Assembly: GCA_951406725.2 (NCBI GenBank)
Contig: OX597836.1
Coordinates: 43,276,001 to 43,340,000 of the forward strand
Origin: Octopus vulgaris
Taxonomy: Eukaryota
DNA length: 64,000 nt
Reading direction: 5' to 3'
The position numbers and the translations under genes were made by a program. The notes beneath the pieces were generated by a model, which saw only the letters and a list, made by a program, of their open reading frames with translations, did no database searches and was not told the origin of the DNA. Position 1 is the first letter of the stretch. Each line of letters starts with the position of its first letter. Below, piece after piece: positions 55,522 to 64,000 of the stretch.

Positions 55522-55927
55522 TGTTTAAGCGTGTTTGCACACAAGGGTGTTTCCTGAGAAAGAAATATTTCACTTTGAAAGGAAAACAATTCTTTCGCTT
55601 TTATTTCTCAGCCGAGTTTCTGGCAAATACTGGTTTTTACCGAGTTCAGTAATTTCAGCTTCTGCTTCTTAAAACAGAAAACAAAAGACAACGACAAAGG
55701 CGAATGACCTAACCCTACACCATAACCCTCAGCCCTAACCCTAAACCTAAAGAAAGCAACAAAGGTGAATAGTCCTAACCAAAAGTGCAGGCGTGGCTTC
55801 CCAAACACATGGTTTCGGGTTCAGTCCTATTGCGCGTCACCTCGGACCGACCAAAGCCTTGTGAATGGATTTCGTACACTAAAAGAAGCCAGTCGCATAC
55901 ATGTGTAAGTGTGTGTGAGTGTGTGTA

Positions 55928-55958
<31 letters not shown>

Positions 55959-56208
55959 ACGTGCGTGTGTGTGTCCTGTTTGTCCCTCCCCCACACCACC
56001 ACCACCACCACCACCACTACTACGGCTTGACAACTAGTGTTGGTGTTGCAGTTCTATATTTAAGAGATGAGGAATTATGTACATTATTTACATTATTTAC
56101 ATTATTTACATTCGGCGGATTTTTGTCCTCATCTTGTTCGTTGTTAACACAACGTTTCGGCTGATATGCCCTCGAGCGATGTTGGGGAGACAAACACAGA
56201 TACACGAA

Positions 56209-56251
<43 letters not shown>

Positions 56252-56294
56252 CATAATTAAATCTCAGAATGAGATTGAAACAGTAATCGCTCGA

Positions 56295-56496
56295 TAATGT
56301 AAAGTATAGAAGCCATCTTATCATGGCTAACCACATTGGGGAGGGGGTGTTACTGTAGCTTTCTACCCCAAGAGATCGTCGTCTCTAGCTGACTTTAGAC
56401 ACCACAGGAGACGACGAGCACTTGAGGCTAGAAAGCTACAGTAACACCCCCTCCCAATCTGGTTAGCCATGATAAGATGGCTTCTATACTTTACAT

Positions 56497-56498
<2 letters not shown>
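56295..56498. repeat. Foldback/palindromic element with ~75-95-bp arms
   Basis: TAATGTAAAGTATAGAAGCCATCTTATCATGGCTAACCA... / ...TGGTTAGCCATGATAAGATGGCTTCTATACTTTACATTA. Confidence 0.85.
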
Positions 56499-56531
<33 letters not shown>

Positions 56532-56784
56532 TTTTAAAATGAGGGTGAAAAATTGAATATTAATTTGATTAAAATCAACTTAAAACCAATGGTCAGCATA
56601 TTACAATCTGAAGATTCAGAAAATTTATATTACATACATAGAAGAGGGATGACCACAACGTGGACAACCTTTATGCTGGAAGTAGATCCGCTATGTTCTT
56701 GAGAACATTTCTTAGTGGTAAGACCATAGCTGATCTACTTCTAGCATAAGGGTTGTCCACGTTGTGGGTGTCCCCCTTATATGA

Positions 56785-56840
<56 letters not shown>

Positions 56841-57295
56841 TGTATGTATATATATATTTCGTTTTTGGATTTGGTTTGCAAGATTCTTTATATGAGTTCG
56901 TGTGTTGAAGCATATTCTGTTGTGTCTGGGGAGAGTCATTCTCTTTTAGTGCCTTATTATTTAACACACTCACGGACAGGCAGGATACGTACATACACAT
57001 GCAAACACACACACACACATATACGTACATGCATGCATGTATAGACACACACACACACACACACACACACACTGACCCACACACATGCGCACAAACAAAC
57101 AAAACGGAACGTAGTGTAAATAATGGACAGAGTCAAAACTATTGAAAAGGTTGCAAGACGGAACGAAATTTTCAGAAAATAAAAATAAGAAGAAAAAAAG
57201 TGGAAATTCTACCGGTGAGCGTGTTAAATAATAAGGCACTAAAACGGAATGAATCCCCCCAGACACATACATATATACATACATATATATATATA

Positions 57296-57691
57296 CTAGC
57301 AGTATCGCCCGGCGTTGCTCGGGTTTGTAAGGGAAATAACTATATAAGCATTTTTAGAGAGTTATAGCCAAAAAATAGCAAAAAAATGCATTAAAAATGG
57401 AAAAAAAATGGTGGTAAATTTTTTTTAAATCGTTGACTCATCGTAGACATTTTTAGAGAGTTACTTCCCTTATATAATAGCGAAAAAATGCATTAAAATG
57501 GAAAAAAATGATGGTAATTTTTTTTTTAATCGTAGACTCATCGTAGACGCGCGCTAATACCCAGAAGGGCTCGATATGAATCACGACTATAAGATACCCG
57601 GTTTTGGTTAAACTGCACCGCAAAATGTGGGAGTAGTTAGGAATCTAAATCGAAGGAGACAGACACACAACCTCTCTTTTATATATAAAGA
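57296..57691 (-). mobile_element. Non-autonomous Helitron (family A)
   Basis: Intact TC...hairpin...CTAG ends in an A/T context. Confidence 0.85.
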
Positions 57692-58266
57692 TACGACGAG
57701 CTTCTTTCAGTTTCCGTCTACTAAATCCACTCACAAGGCTTTGCTCGGGCCGAGGCTGTAGTAGAAGACATTTGCCCAAAGTGTCACACAATGAGATTGA
57801 ACCCGAAACCATGTGGTTGGTAATTCTGTCTAAATAAGTAGTAGTGCACCGGGGGAAGAGACTATTGTAAGTTGACAAAATAGCAACGGATATAACAATT
57901 ATTAATGTTAATAAATAGTTAAAAAGGAAACCCGACGAAGAGTAAAATAGCCATAGCGTAAGAGTTGTGTCCCATATTCACCAGGGGTTGTCATAATGAA
58001 GATTGGTCTCCCTTTATGATGTAAAAAAAAAACCGTTGCTTTAACGATGGACGTTGGCACAAAAAAAACTTGGGGGACTAAAGGGGCAGTTTTATACATA
58101 AAAGCGAATGGTGTGCGACACATCTAGTAATAGTTGTTAGCCATCCTCACCAGGGGACATAATAATTATGGTTGCTTCCTCTTGAAGGGGCCTCAATACC
58201 CCACATATATAATCGTGTCTATCTGACGGTCCACTGGTGAAAGGTAAAGAGAACAAGATACTACTT

Positions 58267-58948
58267 AAGAAGAGTGGTCCCGGTGCGCGCACTCGCATAC
58301 TCGTGCATCCGCGCTAGCTAAGTCGTGACTAGTCGATCCTACAACGACTACCTAGCAAAATAAATAAAACACAAAACAAGTAATTTTTTGAATCTTTTCG
58401 GTTTGAACGGCAATTTTTTCTAGTGGTGTCATATGAAATTGTCACCCATAATTATGACCCTAGTATCGATCTATTGCATTTCAATCTGTTTTAGGGTTAG
58501 GGTTAGGGTCGGGAGGAAGGGTATCTTTTTTTCTTCACAAATGTAAATAAATCCAATCCGTTTCTTAAACGAGGGACATATTCATACGGCATAGAATATT
58601 TTCACCTCAATAGACGTCATTGATTGGTTGAAATTGCAAAAATTGAAGAAAAAACAACAACAAATATCTTACAAACTATAGAATTTTCTCAATAAAGCCA
58701 AGAGAAAAAGATGTTTTATAAACACATTCTATCAGTATACGAAGTTTAAAAGTGTTTAGTTACTTGGAAATTATTTTAAAAAACTGCCGTTCAAACCGAA
58801 AAGATCCAAATTATTTACTTTGTGTAAAAAAATTATTTATTTTGTATTTTATTTACTTTGCTAGGTAGTCGGAGTAAGGATCGACTAACCAGACTAGCTA
58901 GCGCGGATGCGTGAGTACGTGAGTGCGCGCACCGGGACCACTGTTCTT
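58267..58948. mobile_element. Long-inverted-repeat element with the U2-unit MITE (~58388-58810) nested at its centre
   Basis: AAGAAGAGTGGTCCCGGTGCGCGCACTC... / ...GAGTGCGCGCACCGGGACCACTGTTCTT; imperfect arms of ~110 bp. Confidence 0.75.
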
Positions 58949-59233
58949 CCAGTAAAATGAGTGTTCAGTGGAAGGTGAATGCTCAGTTTCGTGGGTGAAG
59001 GTGAATGTCAAGGACAAAGTATCGAATGCTGCCACCCGTGATAATGTTTCCCTACTACGGGCAGACAATAAAAAAAAAAGTACGGTTTATCAACGGGTCA
59101 CCAAAAGTCATTTCCCTTCATGGAGTAAAGAAAGTTTTAGATTAGGACAAGAGAAAACGCATAGAAACAATTTATCTATACGGAACAAGGAAGAGGTCGA
59201 GAGGCTTAGAGAACCACACTTGAAGAGGAAGTA

Positions 59234-60115
59234 ATGGCTTGGCTTCATGAACGAAGATCAGGAAGGCTGTTCACGTCGCGTGCATGCATGCTCATGACTG
59301 ACAAGTCCGATATGGGAAAGGCAGGTCCGTGAGCAGTGTCCACAGACGAAGGTAACATCCGGTGTGGTGGTCAGAGGCGGCGGCTCGCGCCTTCCTCCTG
59401 CGTCTCTTGTCTTTAAGTGTGTCTCTTCTTTGTTCCTCAAACTTGCAACGGCAGACGAAACACCTATTTCTTTACTACCCACAAGGGTCTAAACACAGAG
59501 AGGACAAACAAGGACACACAAACGGATTAAGTCGATTGTATCGACCTCAGTGCGTAACTGGTACTCTATTTAATCGACCCCGAAAGGATGAAAGGCAAAG
59601 TCGACCTCGGCGGAATTTGAACTCAGAACGTCATCATCATGGCTTGGCTTCGCTAACGAATCTCAGGAAGGCTGTCCACGTCGCGTGCATGCACGCTCAT
59701 GACTGACAAGTCCGATATGGCAAAGGCAGGTCCGTGAGCAGTGTCCACAGACGAAGGAAACATCCAGTGTGGTGGTCAGAAGCGGCTCGCGCCTTCCTCC
59801 TGCGTCTCTTGTCTTTAAGTGCGTCTCTTCTTTGTTCCTCAAACTTTCCGACTGCGTTGAAGAGCCTATGGCACCAGACACTACGGTCCGCAGCCAAGTC
59901 TGACCAGCATTGGTGGTCAATATGACATGCTGTTAAAGACTTCTTGTTAAAGGCAGTCTTTGTAGCGCTTCCTCGGAGCTCCTCTGACTCGGTAGCCGGT
60001 GGAGAGTTCGCCAAACAAGGCAATCTTTGGAAGGCGATGGTTCTCCATTCTGGAGACATGCCCTGCCCATCGGAGATGGTACTTCAGTAGCATGGCTTCA
60101 ATGCTGGGGATCTCG
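59234..60115 (-). mobile_element. RTE/BovB-like LINE 3' fragments (3' end present twice: 59234-59445 and 59631-60115)
   Basis: IPSIEAMLLKYHLRWAGHVSRMENHRLPKIALFGEL...RGAPRKRYKD...WSDLAADRSVW...CGHCSRTC..HIGLVSHERAC; (ATG)n tail. Confidence 0.85.
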
Positions 60116-60200
60116 GCCGCTCCAAGAGGGAGTCGATTTATTATAAAGGTAGAAGGTGTAAATAAGAGACTCGCAGATCTGTTAAGAATAGCAAAGATGG

Positions 60201-60586
60201 TGGAAGCACTCCGTCGGTTACGACGATGAGGGTTCCGGTTGATCCGAATCAACGGAACAGCCTGCTCGTGAAATTAACGTGTAAGTGGCTGAGCACTCCA
60301 CAGACACGTGTACCCTTAACGTAGTTCTCGGGGATATTCAGCGTGACACAGAGAGTGACAAGGCCGGCCCTTTGAAATAAAGGTACAACAGAAACAGGAA
60401 GTAAGAGTGAGAGAAAGTTGTGGTGAAAGAGTACAGCAGGGATCACCACCATCCCCTGCCGGAGCCTCGTGGAGCTTTTAGGTGTTTTCGCTCAATAAAT
60501 ACTCACAACGCCCGGTCTGGGAATCGAAACCGCGATCCTATGACCGCGAGTCCGCTGCCCTAACCACTGGGCCATTGTGCCTCCAC
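60201..60586 (-). mobile_element. SINE family 3
   Basis: Full length; flanking direct repeat AATAGCAAAGA. Confidence 0.9.
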
Positions 60587-60920
60587 AATAGCAAAGAAGA
60601 GCAAACATTAAAGAAAAACGAATGTTCCCTTTCTCAACTGCATTCTTCCAAGTAAAAGGGCGTTTAAAGCAGGTTAGAGTCACCTTCTATTCCCCCCAAA
60701 AGGAGGAAAGAAATACGCTTCTTTTAATCCTGGGAAGAACAATTCGCTGAGAAAAAGAGTGAGAGAAACATAAAAGAATGGCGAGGAAATACGGGTATCG
60801 ATTCCACCCTATCAACTGGAAAACAAGAGTTGTTTCCCTTTATGTAAGAAAAAATTTGCGAGAATAAAGCTAAAAGATGAGAGTGAAGGACAAGAGATTA
60901 ACAGAAATATCGTCTCTTTG

Positions 60921-61360
60921 AAGGCGGCGAGCTGGCAGAAACGTTAGCACGCCGGGCAAAATGCGTAGCCGTATGTTCTGAGTTCAAATTCCGCCGAGGT
61001 CAACTTTGCCTTTCATCCTTTGGGGGTCGATTAAATAAGTACCAGTTTCGCACTGGAGTCGATGTAATCGACTTAATCCGTTTGTCTGTCCTTGTTTGTC
61101 CTCTCTCTGTTTAGCCCCTTGTGGGCAATAAAGAAATAAGAAACGTTAGCACGCCGGCCGAAATGCTTAGCGGTATTTCGTCTGACGCTACATTCTGAGT
61201 TCAAATTCCACCGAGGTCGACTTTGTCTTTTATCCTTTCGGGATCAATTAATAAGTACCAGTTACACACTGGTGTCGGTATAATCGACTTAATCCGTTTG
61301 TCTGTCCTTGTTTGTCCTTTCTATGTTTAGCCCCTTGTGGGTAGTAAAGAAATAAGAAAT
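60921..61360 (+). mobile_element. Dimer of SINE family 2
   Basis: The second unit starts at the internal AGAAACGTTAGC, directly after the first tail AAAGAAATAAG. Confidence 0.8.
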
Positions 61361-62822
61361 ATCGTCTCTTCTACATGACCAATGAGAATTGATTGTAAGT
61401 TCTTCACCTTCATAAAATAAACAGTTCTCTCCAAAGATGTGTGACGAGAAATTTCCTTGTCTTGAAGAACGTCAAAGAAACGAATCGAATGTTGCTTTCC
61501 TTGGTTACATTTCTCCAATCGGAGTGGCAGGACCGGGGTACTTATTTGTCACGAGGGGTCACGATAAATAGGAAGAAGTCTTATGCTTCATAAAGGGAAC
61601 AAAACTCGCCAGCGACAGAAGGGGCGAGGTAAACGAGAGTTAGATGAACTATCCTACATACGCCACCATCGAAATAATCATTTGCATAAGAGAAGGAACG
61701 ATATGAATGAATTACACATAAGACGTGAGAGGAAGAGAGAGGGAGATGGAAAGAGTGTGTAGTGGATCCTGCAAGCATGAAGTGGATTCGATCCACCATA
61801 GCCAAATTTAAATTAACTCTGCAACAGAACTTTTTCCCACGGTGGAACAATGGTTTTCTCTGACAGCAGTTTTACATTTTCCAAATGCCTTTAGCTAGGC
61901 CAAAATAATGTCTTCACCACTTGACCCTTTCTAACCTCTTCTACTTCACCAAAAGCTAGAATAGAGATAACAAGACCACCAATTAAATCTATTGTTCTCA
62001 ATGATATATCTATCCTTCTGGATAGTTATAAAAGCAAGCACACCCCAAGCAAAAATCAGTGTCACAGTTGGTGACGATTCAACAAGTCCAGTCACATGGT
62101 GACAACTCAACGAGAATGAAGTCTGGCTGACCAGCTAGAACCTTGGTCAGAGAGAGAAATGAAGTTTACTGTCAGCAACTGTGAGACAATACCCTACAAC
62201 TCTCTCTAGCTCTAATTCTGTTCTCTTACAACACCATTCTATCTCTCTCTGTAATTACTACTAAACAATGAAGAGGACACAAACACAACCTTTACTTTGC
62301 ATGCTTTTGGATTTATCATAACCTGCTCGTCGAGGCAAGGTATTGTAACGTAACGGTAAATAAATACTTTCTTAAAACTTCATGCATTGTTCATCTTTCA
62401 CATCCTACAGTATGCAATTATAACAACAAATTTTTATCGTTACAACTGCTGACTCCGACATTTTATGACATAGTGTACCTAATCATATTTATCATTACCA
62501 GTGTGTCTGTAAGATGAATTCTCTTTGCATAGAACAGCTAAGAAATAATTACTTAACTCTAATTCTGTTGGACTTATTTTAACAAATAATCAATTTGCGA
62601 TACTTTAACCCTTCATTAATCACCTGACCTTTCCAAGCAGTGTTAGTCACGTGGGGTATTTACACACCCCAATATAAAAACGTTCATAGTTTTAGTATGA
62701 TGTAAAAGATCCTAATTCTGTTGGTTCAGGATGTATCTGCAATCACTGCTGTGGAGTTTGAAACCCTTGTAGCTGATTGGTATTAATATAAAACAATACA
62801 ATAAAATAAATTATATAATTAA

Positions 62823-63175
62823 GTTATATTTCAGAATGGTCATTTTGCCAGTTTAGCCAATAAAAACACATGCACTATATATTTGGTGTTACTTTGCTTC
62901 AGTGTTATTTATTTTTTACATTAATCTTAATCTTATTTCAGCCAGAGTTCTTTCATCACACTCCTGTGACCGCATCAGTGAGGAGAGACACAAATAAGAA
63001 AGAAGAAAACAAAGGACCACTGATGCGGTCAAAGGAGTGAGACGAAAGAACTCTGGCCGAAATAAGATTAAGATTAATGTAAAAAATAAATAACACTGAG
63101 GCAAAATAACACCAAATATATAGTGCGTGTGATTTTATTGGCTAAACTGGCAAAATGACCATTCCTAAATATAAC
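62823..63175. repeat. Long palindrome/foldback element: 158-bp arms, 37-nt purine-rich spacer
   Basis: 62823-62980 is the near-perfect reverse complement of 63018-63175. Confidence 0.9.
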
Positions 63176-63686
63176 AATATCTGTTTCAACACACGACTTC
63201 ACATAAAAAATCTTGCACAACAAATATTTAAATGTATGTATATAATTAAGGAAAAGCTAAAAAAAAATCTTAGATTCAGATCACATTTATTTTGAAAATA
63301 CCCACAGAAATACCCATTTTGTGGAATTCATTAATACCTATGATGAATATCAACATTAGAAAATAACATAATGGACATTCTCTGTTACAATATGCATTAA
63401 ATCAAGATGGCAGAAATGTTAGCATGCTGGGTGAAATGCTTAGCGTATTTTGTCTGTCTTTATGTTCTGAGTTCAAATTCTACTGTGGTCGACTTTGCTT
63501 TTCCTCCTTTCTGGGTCGATGAATTAAGTACCAGTTGCGTATTGCTGTTGATCTAATCGACTGGCCCCCTCCCCAAAAATTTCAAGCTTCCTGTCTAAGG
63601 GTGGAATATATACACCACAGAAACCATGAAACTGGTCCTATGAGTCTATTTGATGACTCAGGAAGGATCTTTATCCTTTATATATC

Positions 63687-63728
<42 letters not shown>

Positions 63729-63838
63729 TAATTTCATATAAATATTTAGATATTTTTACATGAAAAACAGAGAGCTACTTTGAATTTTTGGCTTATACAT
63801 ACATACATACATACATATAAAGATATATATATATATAT

Positions 63839-63930
<92 letters not shown>

Positions 63931-64000
63931 ACATACATATATATATATGCAACAGCATATGTGTATGTGTGTGTGTACATATATATATATATAATATAAA

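Noticed and set aside
55706-55750. Telomere-like (CCCTAA) repeats
   Set aside because: Only a few degenerate units; such motifs are common inside local MITEs.
60590-62000. Possible decayed coding remnant (LTR/DIRS-like) around the SINE dimer
   Set aside because: No diagnostic motif could be recognised by eye.

Overview
Eukaryotic, AT-rich, repeat-saturated DNA. The SINE families and the extreme (TA)n/(CA)n/(ATAC)n/(AGAT)n density suggest a coleoid cephalopod, probably Octopus (inference). Most listed ORFs are microsatellite or SINE artefacts. Main contents: (1) One credible host gene encoding a secreted, Cys-free His/Gly-rich 205-aa protein (17022-17639), possibly with a non-coding first exon about 10.5 kb upstream. 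(2) An ~18-kb tandem array of seven ~1.75-kb U2 snRNA units (29510-47573), bounded and punctuated by eight copies of a non-autonomous Helitron; each unit also carries a MITE. (3) A full-length ~5.56-kb Tx1/L1-type non-LTR retrotransposon (ORF1 zinc knuckle; ORF2 APE-RT-CCHC with one homopolymer frameshift) inserted at the extreme 5' end of the third U2 gene. Its 17-bp target-site duplication spans the U2 transcription start, so the element sits under the U2 promoter while a complete U2 coding sequence is regenerated behind it. This is the strongest candidate for an undescribed system. (4) Many tRNA-derived SINEs, Helitrons, mariner/pogo/hAT derivatives, foldback elements, and fragments of RLE-type, RTE, CR1 and Penelope-like retroelements. 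Coordinates were counted by eye, and no database searches were run.
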